Virus record (IMG/VR): IMGVR_UViG_3300021960_000019
Length of the DNA: 64,000 nt
Reading direction: 5' to 3' (one strand)
Source: a virus
Below, piece by piece: positions 9,641 through 20,350 of this stretch; within the stretch, counting starts at the first letter, position 1, and every line of letters begins with the position of its first letter. Made by a program: the position numbers and the translations under genes. The notes beneath the pieces are model-generated. The model was not told where the DNA came from. It ran no database searches and was given only the letters and a program-made list of their open reading frames with translations.

Positions 9641-11938
9641 ATGCCATTCCAAGTAAGTCCAGGCGTTAATGTTTCAGAAATTGATCTCACTACTTCTACT
9701 CCATCAGTTGCAACGTCAATTGGTGCATTGGTAGGAAAATTCTCATGGGGGCCCGTGGGCGAAATTGTGAATATCAGTACTGAAACAGAATTAGTTAAGT
9801 ATTTCGGCAAACCAACATCTGAAAATTATCAGTCTTGGTTTACTGCCGCGAATTTTCTTGCATATGCAAGTTCTCTTAGAGTAAATAGAGTAATTGGTGC
9901 CGGTGCATTAAACTCTGTTGCTGGTATTGCAGGATCATCTACTCCTGTTGATGCTACGGAAGATTTCGTCGGAGTCGCGGAAGCAACCGATAACCTTGTA
10001 GGTGTCGGTGCTACAACCCAAAATGAAACTGGTGACGGTACAACTGCATCAATTACGTTAAGTGCAACACCAGCCGGTACTGTATCAGTATCTGTTGATG
10101 GTGTAACTTTAACACCCGATGTACAATATACTATTAGTGGTACAACATTAGATTTTGCAGCTGGTACTGCGCCATATGGTGCTCCTGCCAATGCAGATGC
10201 TATTGTAATTACTGTTACAGCAAAAACTGTATTTACACTTTCTAGAGATGCATTTGGTGAAACAGTTGCAGTAACTGTAGCTGGTGCAGCAGATACAAAT
10301 ATTTCTGTTGATGGTACATCACTTACATTTACATCTGCGCCTGCTGATGGTGCAGCAATCGTTGCAACTATCCCTGCAAGAACAAAATTTGAAATTGCAG
10401 AGACAGTTGATTCAACTGATACCGTTGGAGTAACAGTAGATGCAGCAGACAAAACAGTAACAACAGATTATTCTGTAAGTGGTCAAGTAGTAACTTTCGT
10501 TACTGCGCCTGCAGATGGTGCAGCGGTACAAATTAAAGTATTCGGTACACCAACTGTTAACTATACATATACACCAGTATTAATTAAGTCAGAAGATGAT
10601 ATCACATTTGATAGCGGTCAAGGTAATGGTGCAGTATTTGCTGCGCGTTGTGCCGGTTCAGATGGGGATAAATTTAAGACTTACATGGTTGATGCCGCAA
10701 CATTTTCAGAATTACCGGCAAATCTAAAATCATTGTTTAATACTGCACCAGATACTGGTGAAGTTCATGTATTAGTTGTACAAAGAAACACAAATGGTTC
10801 AGAAACAGTACTTGAAAGATATGAGTATTTGTCAAAAGCATCTAACGGTAAAGCCGAAGATGGTAAAAACATGTACTATAAAGAAGTAATTAACCTTTCA
10901 TCTGAATATGTATGGGTAATTAACCACCCTGCAGATGGTACAGATTGGGGTTCAGAGGAAACAATATCTAAACCACTTTCTTCGTTTACTTCACTTGCAG
11001 CTGCAGAAGTTTCAACATTTAGTGGTGGTAATAACGGTGTTGCACCTACTGCCGCCGAAGCGATTGCTGGATATGATTTGTTTGCTGACCCTGAGTTAGT
11101 TGACGTTTCACTAGTAATGAGTGGAGAATGGGCAGATGCTGCAAATGGTAACACTGTATTACAACATATCGTACAAAATATTTGTGAGGTAAGAAAAGAT
11201 TGTGTTGCACTATTATCACCACGTTATGTGGATGTTAAGTCTGGTTCTGCACAAAATGTAATTTCATTCTTTAACACAACTGTTGGTGCTTATAGTAACT
11301 ATGCATTTGTTGACTCAAACTTCAAGTATCAATACGATAAATATAATGATGTATATCGTTGGGTTCCATTTAACGGTGATATTGCTGGTTTAATGGCACG
11401 TACAGACGCAGAAAGAGACACATGGTTCTCTCCTGCTGGATTTAATCGTGGTGTCATCAAAAATGTTATCAAAGTTGCATGGAATCAGAATAAGACGGAT
11501 AGAGATGATTTATATAAAGCATCGATTAACCCTGTTGTTACATTCCCTGGCCAAGGCACAATTCTTTATGGTGATAAAACATTCACTAATAAACCAAGTG
11601 CATTTGACAGAATTAATGTACGTAGATTGTTTATCGTACTTGAAAAATCTATCGCAACTGCATCTAAGTTTACATTGTTTGAATTTAACGATGAATTCAC
11701 AAGATCACAGTTTGTATCCTTGGTAGAACCTTTCCTTAGAGATGTTAAGGGTAGAAGAGGTATCTATGACTTCTTAGTTGTCTGTGATGAAACTAACAAC
11801 ACTTCCGAAGTTGTTGATAGAAATGAATTTATCGGAGACATCTATATTAAACCAGCACGTTCAATCAACTACATTCAACTTAACTTTGTTGCAGTACGCA
11901 CAGGAGTGAGTTTTGAAGAAGTTGTTGGTCAAGCTTAA
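9641..11938 (+). CDS. gp18: Tail sheath protein gp18 with inserted repeated beta domains
   Basis: SPGVNVSEIDLT, WFSPAGFNRG, FDRINVRRLF and IKPARSINYIQLNF. Confidence 0.97.
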   Translation: MPFQVSPGVNVSEIDLTTSTPSVATSIGALVGKFSWGPVGEIVNISTETELVKYFGKPTSENYQSWFTAANFLAYASSLRVNRVIGAGALNSVAGIAGSSTPVDATEDFVGVAEATDNLVGVGATTQNETGDGTTASITLSATPAGTVSVSVDGVTLTPDVQYTISGTTLDFAAGTAPYGAPANADAIVITVTAKTVFTLSRDAFGETVAVTVAGAADTNISVDGTSLTFTSAPADGAAIVATIPARTKFEIAETVDSTDTVGVTVDAADKTVTTDYSVSGQVVTFVTAPADGAAVQIKVFGTPTVNYTYTPVLIKSEDDITFDSGQGNGAVFAARCAGSDGDKFKTYMVDAATFSELPANLKSLFNTAPDTGEVHVLVVQRNTNGSETVLERYEYLSKASNGKAEDGKNMYYKEVINLSSEYVWVINHPADGTDWGSEETISKPLSSFTSLAAAEVSTFSGGNNGVAPTAAEAIAGYDLFADPELVDVSLVMSGEWADAANGNTVLQHIVQNICEVRKDCVALLSPRYVDVKSGSAQNVISFFNTTVGAYSNYAFVDSNFKYQYDKYNDVYRWVPFNGDIAGLMARTDAERDTWFSPAGFNRGVIKNVIKVAWNQNKTDRDDLYKASINPVVTFPGQGTILYGDKTFTNKPSAFDRINVRRLFIVLEKSIATASKFTLFEFNDEFTRSQFVSLVEPFLRDVKGRRGIYDFLVVCDETNNTSEVVDRNEFIGDIYIKPARSINYIQLNFVAVRTGVSFEEVVGQA

Positions 11939-11946
11939 AAAAGTAT

Positions 11947-11954
11947 TATAAATA
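11947..11954 (+). promoter_or_regulatory. Late promoter TATAAATA (gp19)
   Basis: Exact consensus, intergenic. Confidence 0.85.
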
Positions 11955-11985
11955 AAAGTAAATAGATTAACAAGGAGAAAACAAA

Positions 11986-12510
11986 ATGGCATTCGATATC
12001 TCTGCATTTAAGTCCAACTTAACCGCTGGAGGTGCAAGACCGAATCTATTTGAGGCAGTTGTGAATAATCCAATTAACGCAGCTGCCGATTCAACATTTA
12101 GATTTGTTTGTCGCGCAGCTCAATTGCCTGGATCCACAATTCCTGCTATCGATGTACCATACTTTGGTCGTCAAGTAAGAATTGCCGGAAACAGAACATT
12201 TGAACCATGGACTGTAACAATTATTAATGACGAGAATTTTTCAGTCAGAAATACTTTGGAACAGTGGATGGCGAATATTAATTCACATGAGGCTAATATT
12301 CAACTCGCAGCTCAAACCGCTTATAAGTCAGATTCAGAAGTAAAACATTATGCTAAAGATGGTTCTACAATTGCAACATACCGCTTTTATGGTTTATTCC
12401 CAACCGAATTGGGTGCAATTGAATTATCTTGGGATGCAAACGATCAGATTGAAGAATATACTGTGACATTTGCATATGATTATTGGAATCACGATGGTGT
12501 GACTACTTAA
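11986..12510 (+). CDS. gp19: Tail tube protein gp19
   Basis: GGARPNLFE, AAQLPGS and GNRTFEPWTVTIIND. Confidence 0.95.
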   Translation: MAFDISAFKSNLTAGGARPNLFEAVVNNPINAAADSTFRFVCRAAQLPGSTIPAIDVPYFGRQVRIAGNRTFEPWTVTIINDENFSVRNTLEQWMANINSHEANIQLAAQTAYKSDSEVKHYAKDGSTIATYRFYGLFPTELGAIELSWDANDQIEEYTVTFAYDYWNHDGVTT

Positions 12511-12538
12511 TCTAGCTATTGAGTGAGGTGAAATATAC

Positions 12539-14095
12539 ATGGCTGTTAAATTATTTGGGTTCGAATTAAGAACCCCTGCAGAACAAAAAAGAGAGCTGAA
12601 ATCTTTTGTACCGAAAGATAGTACAACAGATGACGGCTCTCTTACTGTTCAATCTGGTTTCTATGGAACATATTTAAATCTGGAAAATACTGCAAAGTCT
12701 GATGCAGAATTAATAGATAGATATAGAGATATGTCTATTCATCCAGAAGTAGATTCTGCAATCGATGATATTGTAGCAGAATCTATCGTAAACGATTCAG
12801 ACGATTATCCAATTAAAATTGATACAAAAAATCTAGATGTTACTGTAACAGTAAAGAAAAAGATTGAAGATGAATTCAAATCTATTTTAAAACTACTTAA
12901 ATTTAAAGAAAATGGTTATGATATTTTCAAGAGTTGGTATGTTGATGGTAGAATTTACTATCATATTATTATCGATAATTCAAAACCAAAAGAAGGTATC
13001 AAAGAACTACGTAGGGTAGACCCACGAAAAATTAAAAAAATTCGTGAAGTAGAAAAGAAAGAGAAGTCCGTAAATGGAACTGAAGTACCATTAGTATCTG
13101 GTATGAAAGAATATTACATCTTTAATGACAAAGGTGTTGTTTCTGGAGACCAAGCATCTGGTATTCCAATTACAGTAGACTCAATCTGTTATGTTTCATC
13201 TGGTTTAAAGGATGCAAAAAGACAACATTCTATTGGACACCTACATAAAGTAATTAAACCACTAAACCAATTGAGATTGGTAGAGGATTCGGTTGTTATT
13301 TATCGTTGGACAAGAGCTCCAGAACGTAGAGTTTTCTATATTGATGTAGGAAACTTACCAAAACAAAAAGCAGAACAATATCTCTCTGATATTATGACTA
13401 AGTATAAAAACAAAATCGTTTATGACGGTAGTACTGGTGAAGTGAGAGATGACAGAAAACATCTTTCTATGTTAGAAGATTTTTGGTTCCCACGTAGAGA
13501 AGGTGGACGCGGCACAGAGATTGAGACACTGCCAGGCGGGTCTAATCTTGGTGAGATGGATGATGTAATATATTTCCAAAAGAAATTATACAAGTCACTC
13601 AATGTGCCTATATCAAGACTTGAACCAGAAAATAGTATTCAACTTGGTAGAGCGACAGAAATATCTAGAGATGAATATAAATTTAATAGGTTTATCGTAA
13701 GACTAAGAAATACATTCAGTAATCTATTTTTAGACTTGATGAGAAAACAACTTATTTTGAAAGGTGTTATAACACCAGATGAATGGGAAAATATGAGTGA
13801 AGATTTAATCTTAGATTACACTCAAGATTCTTATTATACAGATGTTAAAAATACTGAAATGTTAAGAGATAAAATTACATTGATTGGCGAAATGGAAGGT
13901 ATGATTGGCAAATACTATTCGGAAGAATGGGTTAAACGAAACATACTAAAAATGAATGACGAAGAAATCAATGACATGGAAAAACAATTAAAGAAAGAGG
14001 CAGAGACTGCCGAACCTGAACCACAAGAAACTGATGGGGATGATAGTGATGACGGTGGAGAACAAGACAATTCTCAGAGTCAATTTGAATTTTAG
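12539..14095 (+). CDS. gp20: Portal protein gp20
   Basis: RAPERRVFYIDVGNLPK and EDFWFPRREGGRGTEIETLPGG. Confidence 0.97.
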   Translation: MAVKLFGFELRTPAEQKRELKSFVPKDSTTDDGSLTVQSGFYGTYLNLENTAKSDAELIDRYRDMSIHPEVDSAIDDIVAESIVNDSDDYPIKIDTKNLDVTVTVKKKIEDEFKSILKLLKFKENGYDIFKSWYVDGRIYYHIIIDNSKPKEGIKELRRVDPRKIKKIREVEKKEKSVNGTEVPLVSGMKEYYIFNDKGVVSGDQASGIPITVDSICYVSSGLKDAKRQHSIGHLHKVIKPLNQLRLVEDSVVIYRWTRAPERRVFYIDVGNLPKQKAEQYLSDIMTKYKNKIVYDGSTGEVRDDRKHLSMLEDFWFPRREGGRGTEIETLPGGSNLGEMDDVIYFQKKLYKSLNVPISRLEPENSIQLGRATEISRDEYKFNRFIVRLRNTFSNLFLDLMRKQLILKGVITPDEWENMSEDLILDYTQDSYYTDVKNTEMLRDKITLIGEMEGMIGKYYSEEWVKRNILKMNDEEINDMEKQLKKEAETAEPEPQETDGDDSDDGGEQDNSQSQFEF

Positions 14096-14104
14096 GAGTG
14101 AATT

Positions 14105-14308
14105 ATGAGTGAACAGGAAGAAAATATAAATACTACTAATACAGATATCGTTGATAACATTGTATTAGGCAACGTATCAGATGCTAAGGATGATATTACA
14201 TCAATGTTAAATCAAAAGATTGCAGCTGAAATTGAAGATCATAAAAGAATTTTTGCTGCATCGATTTTTCAAGATGTTGAACCAGAAACTTTAGAAACGG
14301 AAGAGTAA
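14105..14308 (+). CDS. Small acidic prohead core protein (gp67-like)
   Basis: Lies between portal and protease; acidic, 67 aa. Confidence 0.6.
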   Translation: MSEQEENINTTNTDIVDNIVLGNVSDAKDDITSMLNQKIAAEIEDHKRIFAASIFQDVEPETLETEE

Positions 14309-14309
14309 T

Positions 14310-14576
14310 ATGTTATCTTTTGGAGACTATTTAGAAAACGACTTAGACGAAGCAATCAAACGCAAGGTTGTGATCCGCAACGGCAAGCGAAAAATTAAAT
14401 ATGTCTCTGACAGGCCGGGATATACGGTAAAAGATAAACGCGAAGTTAAAATTGGTGCTGGTGATGCAGTTAAGATGAGTATCAGGAATAAAAAATCAGC
14501 TAGAAAACGTGCCGGAAAAGTATCTATTGCAAATACAAAAAGAGCACGCTCTAACGTAAAGAGGACAGGACTATGA
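14310..14576 (+). CDS. Basic prohead core protein (gp68-like)
   Basis: Lies just before gp21; K/R-rich; N-terminus MLSFGDYLE resembles a capsid-targeting peptide. Confidence 0.6.
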   Translation: MLSFGDYLENDLDEAIKRKVVIRNGKRKIKYVSDRPGYTVKDKREVKIGAGDAVKMSIRNKKSARKRAGKVSIANTKRARSNVKRTGL

Positions 14577-15214
14577 AACTCATTACCGAAATCGTAGAAG
14601 ATATTAACATTGTAGAAGAAAAAAATGGAAAAGGTCTTTACATTGAAGGCGTTTTTTTACAATCCAATGTTAAAAATAGAAATAATAGAGTATATCCAAC
14701 AGAAGTTTTACAACAAGAAGTAAACAGATATACAGAGAGTTATATTAATAAGAACCGAGCGTTTGGTGAATTAGGACATCCAGACGGACCAACAATCAAC
14801 CTAGAAAGAGTATCCCATATGATTAAGGATCTCAAACTAGAAGGTGATAATTTCATTGGTAAGGCAAAAATTATGACTGAGACACCATATGGTGCGATTG
14901 TTAAAAACCTTATTAGTGAAGGGGCACAACTTGGTGTATCATCTCGCGGAATGGGTACAGTGAAAAAAACAGGTGATGCAAATGTGGTACAGGGTGATTT
15001 TTATCTTGCAACCGCAGCGGATATCGTTGCAGATCCATCTGCACCAGATGCCTTTGTAAATGGTATTATGGAAAATAAAGAATGGATTTGGGATAACGGT
15101 ATTATTCGTGAAGCTGCTATCGACTCCTATGCGAAGGAATTGAAAGAAGCGAAAAGTAAACAACTTGAAGAAGTAAAGATTAATTTATTTAAAAATTTCT
15201 TGTCAAGTTTATAA
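14573..15214 (+). CDS. gp21: Prohead protease gp21
   Basis: GELGHP, GVSSRGMG and DIVADPSAPDAFV. Confidence 0.97.
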   Translation: MKLITEIVEDINIVEEKNGKGLYIEGVFLQSNVKNRNNRVYPTEVLQQEVNRYTESYINKNRAFGELGHPDGPTINLERVSHMIKDLKLEGDNFIGKAKIMTETPYGAIVKNLISEGAQLGVSSRGMGTVKKTGDANVVQGDFYLATAADIVADPSAPDAFVNGIMENKEWIWDNGIIREAAIDSYAKELKEAKSKQLEEVKINLFKNFLSSL

Positions 15215-15217
15215 TAT

Positions 15218-15225
15218 TATAAATA
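15218..15225 (+). promoter_or_regulatory. Late promoter TATAAATA (gp22)
   Basis: Exact consensus; the 18-mer AATATTATAAATAAATAT (15213-15230) is identical to the one before gp23 (16340-16357). Confidence 0.85.
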
Positions 15226-15280
15226 AATATGATTATACCAGATTACAGGTAAAAATAAGTAACCTTATAGGAGACCAAAA

Positions 15281-16339
15281 ATGGCAGATAAAGATTTAGA
15301 AATTCAAGAAACAGAATCTGTTGTTGAAGAAACTGTCGCTGAAGAAACTACTAACGATGTGGTCGAAGAGGCAGTTGAAGAAATTACAGAAACTGACAGT
15401 GTTACAACTGAAGAAGTTCTAGCCGAAGACGATCTCGAAGAGGCAAAATCAAAATCTGAATCAGATGATGACGAAGATGATGATGCCGATGACGAGGAAG
15501 ATGAGGATGAGGATGATAAACCATTCCCACCCAAAAAAGAAGGCTGGAAAAAAGGTAAGAAAGTGGCAAAGGAAGATATTGATGTAAAAGAACACATCGA
15601 TGCGATGCTTTCTGGTCAAGATTTAACAGAAGACTTCAAAGATAAGGCTCAAACAATTTTTGAAGCCGCAGTTCTTGACAAAATCAATGAGGAAGTAGAC
15701 CGCATGGAAGATCAATATGCGGAAACACTTGAAGAAAACCTTGTTGAAATTCGTTCAGAGATTTCAGAAAAAGTTGATGAGTACTTGACTTATGTTGCTA
15801 AAGAATGGTTAGAAGAAAATAAACTAGCCGTTGAGAACGGTTTAAGACTTGAAATTATGGAAGGTTTCATTAAAGGTCTTAAAACAGTATTCACCGAAAA
15901 CTATATTGACATTCCAGAGGAAAAGGTTGACCTTTATGCTGAGTCAGTAAAGAATTTGGATGATACACAATCTAAACTTAATGAAGAAATTGAAAAGAAT
16001 GTAAAACTTTCTCGTAGACTCGAAGAATCTACGAAAGAGATTGCACTTAATTCAGTAACTGAAGAATTAACTTTAACCCAAAAGGAAAAAGTTCGTTCGT
16101 TGAGTGAAGGTGTAGAGTTTGTTTCTACTGAGGATTATACTGACAAACTAAACATCATTAGGGAAAACTATTTCCCACAAGATGGTGCAGAAGTTGCAAG
16201 TGAAATTCTTGATGAAAGTGAAACTGAAACTGCGGTAGAAGATTCTCCTGTTGTTATTCAAGAGGAAGCTTCCAAACAAACTGTAACTAGTGCGATGGAT
16301 TTCTATGCAAACACATTGTCACGATTTGCTAAAAAATAA
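15281..16339 (+). CDS. gp22: Prohead scaffold protein gp22
   Basis: Acidic coiled coil with FKDKAQTIFEAAV and VDEYLTYVAKEW; synteny. Confidence 0.93.
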   Translation: MADKDLEIQETESVVEETVAEETTNDVVEEAVEEITETDSVTTEEVLAEDDLEEAKSKSESDDDEDDDADDEEDEDEDDKPFPPKKEGWKKGKKVAKEDIDVKEHIDAMLSGQDLTEDFKDKAQTIFEAAVLDKINEEVDRMEDQYAETLEENLVEIRSEISEKVDEYLTYVAKEWLEENKLAVENGLRLEIMEGFIKGLKTVFTENYIDIPEEKVDLYAESVKNLDDTQSKLNEEIEKNVKLSRRLEESTKEIALNSVTEELTLTQKEKVRSLSEGVEFVSTEDYTDKLNIIRENYFPQDGAEVASEILDESETETAVEDSPVVIQEEASKQTVTSAMDFYANTLSRFAKK

Positions 16340-16344
16340 AATAT

Positions 16345-16352
16345 TATAAATA
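16345..16352 (+). promoter_or_regulatory. Late promoter TATAAATA (gp23)
   Basis: Exact consensus, intergenic. Confidence 0.85.
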
Positions 16353-16407
16353 AATATTGAAGTTATCTAACTTAAATTAAATCAGAAAGTAAACTTAAAA
16401 GGAGACT

Positions 16408-17763
16408 ATGATGTATACAGAAATGCATTTGTCAGATCAATTACAGGAGAAGTGGAAGCCAGTGATTGAGCACCCAGATCTTCCAGAGATCAAGGACTCT
16501 TACAAAAAAGCGGTAACTGCTATGCTCCTTGAAAACCAAGAGAAAGCGGCACGTGAAGAGCATGCCATGCTGAACGAGGTTAATGTTGTTGGTGCAGGAA
16601 TGTCACCAACAGCGGGAGAAGGTGAAATTGCAGGTATGGACCCAGTTCTTATCTCGCTAGTTCGCCGTGCAATGCCGAATTTAATGGCCTACGATGTACT
16701 TGGAGTACAACCAATGTCAGGACCAACTGGACTTATCTTTGCGATGCGTTCACGTTATGACAACCAATCTGGTACAGAATCATTTTTCAATGAAGCTGAT
16801 ACCGCCCATTCTGCAACAGGTTCACATGCAGACACTGACCCATTTGCTGGTGCAGTCATCGCCTCTGGCGCTCTTGACGAAACTGGTGGAACTTTTGCAT
16901 CAGGTGCTGGTGGTTCAACTGCCAATCTTGAAACATTAGGTTCAGGTGCATCAAACCCAATGGGTACTGGTGGACATTTCAACCAAATGGCATTCTCAAT
17001 TGAGAGAATCACTGTGACCGCAAAGTCACGTGCCCTCAAAGCAGAATACACAATGGAACTTGCACAAGACTTAAAAGCAGTACACGGTCTTGATGCAGAG
17101 TCCGAACTCTCAAACATCTTGTCAACAGAAATCATGACTGAGATTAACCGCGAGGTTATCCGCACAGTTTATGCTTCTGCTGTACTTGGTGCCCAGAATC
17201 AAACAACCACAGGTATTTTTGACTTAGATGCAGATGCCGATGGACGTTGGTCTGTTGAGAAGTTTAAAGGACTTCTTTTCCAAATCGAACGTGAGTCTAA
17301 TGCAATCGCAAAAGCTACTCGCCGTGGTAAAGGTAACATGTTAATCTGTTCATCTGACGTTGCATCTGCTCTTGCAATGGCTGGTGTACTTGATTACAAC
17401 CCTGCACTACAAAACAACATCACTGCTGATGACACTGGACAAACTTTTGCCGGTGTACTTAACGGTAAAATGCGCGTGTACATCGATCCATATTTCGATG
17501 CTGCTGGTGCATATGAAGTTGCATGTGTGGGTTACAAAGGTACTTCACCATATGATGCGGGTCTTTTCTATTGCCCATACGTACCATTACAAATGGTTCG
17601 TGCAGTAGGTGAAAATACCTTCCAACCAAAAATCGGTTTCAAAACACGCTACGGTATTGTTGCGAACCCATTTGCTGAAGGTTCAACTGCTGGTAACGGT
17701 GCTATAACTGCCCGTACAAACCAGTACTACCGTATCTTCCGTATCGACAACTTAATGTCATAA
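16408..17763 (+). CDS. gp23: Major capsid protein gp23
   Basis: GVQPMSGPTGLIFAMR, ELAQDLKAVHGLDAE and FQPKIGFKTRYG. Confidence 0.98.
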   Translation: MMYTEMHLSDQLQEKWKPVIEHPDLPEIKDSYKKAVTAMLLENQEKAAREEHAMLNEVNVVGAGMSPTAGEGEIAGMDPVLISLVRRAMPNLMAYDVLGVQPMSGPTGLIFAMRSRYDNQSGTESFFNEADTAHSATGSHADTDPFAGAVIASGALDETGGTFASGAGGSTANLETLGSGASNPMGTGGHFNQMAFSIERITVTAKSRALKAEYTMELAQDLKAVHGLDAESELSNILSTEIMTEINREVIRTVYASAVLGAQNQTTTGIFDLDADADGRWSVEKFKGLLFQIERESNAIAKATRRGKGNMLICSSDVASALAMAGVLDYNPALQNNITADDTGQTFAGVLNGKMRVYIDPYFDAAGAYEVACVGYKGTSPYDAGLFYCPYVPLQMVRAVGENTFQPKIGFKTRYGIVANPFAEGSTAGNGAITARTNQYYRIFRIDNLMS

Positions 17764-17791
17764 TAATAATTATAATAGACATTATACTATT

Positions 17792-17819
17792 AGAGGGGGT
17801 TTCGACCCCCTCTTTTTTT
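17792..17819 (+). terminator. Rho-independent terminator after gp23
   Basis: AGAGGGGGT-TTCG-ACCCCCTCT followed by a T run. Confidence 0.92.
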
Positions 17820-17820
17820 A

Positions 17821-17828
17821 TATAAATA
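17821..17828 (+). promoter_or_regulatory. Late promoter TATAAATA (gp3)
   Basis: Exact consensus immediately after the terminator. Confidence 0.8.
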
Positions 17829-17847
17829 TAATGAAAGGAGATGTGAT

Positions 17848-18366
17848 ATGTTAACTACATCAGATAATTTTAACAGATTTAATCAACATTCATTTAGTTT
17901 AACAATTCCGAAATTACCATCTGTAACGGATTATGCACAATCTACTGCAATCCCAGGCATGACTTTAGGTGAAGCACTTACCGGCACACCTTTTGTAGAC
18001 AGAAAAGAGCCTGGCGATAAAATTATATTTTCTGTTTTATCCATCACATGTGTTGCAGATGAAGAACTAAAGTTATGGAAAGAATGTTTTGATTGGATAT
18101 CATCTCTTGGTTTTCCAGAAAGTTATTCTCAATACGGCAGACTTTCGCAAGGTAATACTATTGTTTCTGGAGAAGATGCCTTCTGTGATGGTGTACTCAC
18201 AATATATAACAACCAACAATCACCAATTTTGCGTATAAATATAAGAGATATGTTTCCAATCGCAGTAAGTGAAATAAACCTTGCAACAAATGATAGTGGA
18301 GATGAATCAACATCTTTTGTCATCGACTTACAATACAGGAGTTATGAGGTCGATATTATTATTTAA
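17848..18366 (+). CDS. gp3: Tail completion protein gp3-like
   Basis: IPGMTLG, PGDKIIF, DEELKLWKE and FPIAVS; usual position after gp23 in marine T4-like phages. Confidence 0.8.
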   Translation: MLTTSDNFNRFNQHSFSLTIPKLPSVTDYAQSTAIPGMTLGEALTGTPFVDRKEPGDKIIFSVLSITCVADEELKLWKECFDWISSLGFPESYSQYGRLSQGNTIVSGEDAFCDGVLTIYNNQQSPILRINIRDMFPIAVSEINLATNDSGDESTSFVIDLQYRSYEVDIII

Positions 18367-18380
18367 ATTATGGAGTTGTA

Positions 18381-18821
18381 ATGACAGATAAATTAAAAGA
18401 CTTGATTGAAGAATCAAAAGAAGATATCCAAATCAATTTCCTTGAACTCATTAACGAATTAAACAGAATTCCTACACAGGTTGGTAAGTGGTTAACATAT
18501 CATCAAGTGCAGAGACAAAAAATGATCTTAATCGAAACAGATTATAAAAAAATGGTTGCACTTAAAACCAAATTCTATATGGGTAAAATGGATGATGATG
18601 AAAGAGAGAAATATGGATGGCCATTAGAGGGCACAAAAGTTCTCAAGACAGATTTGCATATGTGGTTAGATTCTGATGACGAATTAATTAAAGAAAAACA
18701 CAAATATAAAATGCAAGAACAAATAGTATCTTTTATAGAAACTACTATTAATAGTATTCAAGATAAAAAATGGTCTATAAAAAATTATATTGAATGGAAA
18801 AAGTGGACTGAAGGTGGGTAA
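18381..18821 (+). CDS. uvsY: Recombination mediator UvsY
   Basis: FYMGK, KVLKTD..WLDSDDEL and WSIKNYIEWKK; precedes uvsW. Confidence 0.85.
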   Translation: MTDKLKDLIEESKEDIQINFLELINELNRIPTQVGKWLTYHQVQRQKMILIETDYKKMVALKTKFYMGKMDDDEREKYGWPLEGTKVLKTDLHMWLDSDDELIKEKHKYKMQEQIVSFIETTINSIQDKKWSIKNYIEWKKWTEGG

Positions 18822-20350
18822 TGGATACAGTAGTATCAGTAAATAGATTAAATGATGTTTACGCAGAAATAGATTCAAACGAATTTTTTGCACTCAAAGA
18901 ACTGGTAGAGTATTTTACTTTTAAAGTACCAGGCGCAGAATTTATGCCGACATATAGAAATAAAGTATGGGATGGGAAAATTCGTCTACTTAATCCTAAC
19001 TCAAGAAAACTTTATCTTGGTCTTGTACCATTGGTGGAAAAATTCTGTTCTTCAAACAATTATAAATTCGAATATCCAAATTCATACCCAAAAATACCCA
19101 TATCATCTAAAGAATTAGAATCATTTACAAAACTAGTAAATCCACATTCTGGAGGTAAACCGATTGGATACAGAGATTACCAGATTGATGCAATTAAATC
19201 ATCTATAAACAAAGAGAGAATATTGTTAGTATCTCCAACTGCATCTGGCAAATCTCTCATAATCTATTCACTAGTTAGATTTTACAACATGCATCCAAAT
19301 GTAAAGGGTAAACAAATTTTAATTATTGTACCAACAACATCTCTTGTTGAACAAATGTATGGGGATTTCAAAGATTATGGCTGGGATGTTGAAAGATATT
19401 GTCATAAAATATATCAAGGACAAGATAAGAGAACTAATAAAAAAGTAGTTATATCTACTTGGCAATCAATATATAAAATGGGTAGAGAATATTTTGACCA
19501 ATTTGGTGCAGTTATAGGCGATGAATGTCATTTATTTAAGGCAAATTCTTTAAATAAAATTATGGAAAAAATGGTTAACTGTAGATATAGAGTCGGCACG
19601 ACAGGTACACTAGACGGCACTAAAACTCATAAGTTAGTTTTAAATGGATTATTTGGTGATGTAGAACAAGTAACAACAACTAAAAAATTGATTGACAATA
19701 AAACACTTTCTGATTTTAAAATTAAATGTCTTGTTTTAAAATATAGTGACGAAGATAGAAAGTTTTGTAAAAAACATTGGAGTTCGGAACCTAATGCGGG
19801 CCCAATGAAATATTCAGATGAAATAGATTGGTTAATTACAAATCAACAAAGACAAAGGTTTATCACCAATCTTGCAGAATCATTGGATGGCAACACTCTA
19901 GTTTTATTTAATCAGGTAATAAAACAGGGTAAACCGTTACATGAGTCAATACAAAAAAAGGTGGCAGATGGAAGACCTGTTTTCTATGTATCGGGGGAAG
20001 TTAAAACCATAGAAAGAGAAGAAGTTAGAAAAATTACAGAAATTTCTGACAACGCAATTATTGTTGCATCTTATGGTACATTCTCTACTGGCATTAATAT
20101 TAAAAAACTTCACAACGTTGTTTTTGCATCACCATCAAAAAGTAGAGTTAGAAATTTACAATCGATTGGTAGGGCCCTTAGAAAAGGAAATGGGAAAACT
20201 TCTGCAGTTCTATATGATGTTGTAGATGATTTAAAATATAAGACATATCTTAATTTTGCCATGAGACACTTTTATGAACGCATAAATATATACAATGAGG
20301 AAAACTTTGACTTTTCCATCCATGAAATAAATATGTATAAGGAAGATTAA
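18821..20350 (+). CDS. uvsW: SF2 helicase UvsW
   Basis: SPTASGKS, DECH and QSIGRALR. Confidence 0.95.
   Translation: MDTVVSVNRLNDVYAEIDSNEFFALKELVEYFTFKVPGAEFMPTYRNKVWDGKIRLLNPNSRKLYLGLVPLVEKFCSSNNYKFEYPNSYPKIPISSKELESFTKLVNPHSGGKPIGYRDYQIDAIKSSINKERILLVSPTASGKSLIIYSLVRFYNMHPNVKGKQILIIVPTTSLVEQMYGDFKDYGWDVERYCHKIYQGQDKRTNKKVVISTWQSIYKMGREYFDQFGAVIGDECHLFKANSLNKIMEKMVNCRYRVGTTGTLDGTKTHKLVLNGLFGDVEQVTTTKKLIDNKTLSDFKIKCLVLKYSDEDRKFCKKHWSSEPNAGPMKYSDEIDWLITNQQRQRFITNLAESLDGNTLVLFNQVIKQGKPLHESIQKKVADGRPVFYVSGEVKTIEREEVRKITEISDNAIIVASYGTFSTGINIKKLHNVVFASPSKSRVRNLQSIGRALRKGNGKTSAVLYDVVDDLKYKTYLNFAMRHFYERINIYNEENFDFSIHEINMYKED

Noticed and set aside
9829-10452. 207-aa minus-strand ORF, and similar antisense ORFs such as 15304-15597, 16755-17165 and 47652-48086
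   Set aside because: They lie opposite well-identified genes, mirror their codon bias, and show no RBS or recognisable motifs.
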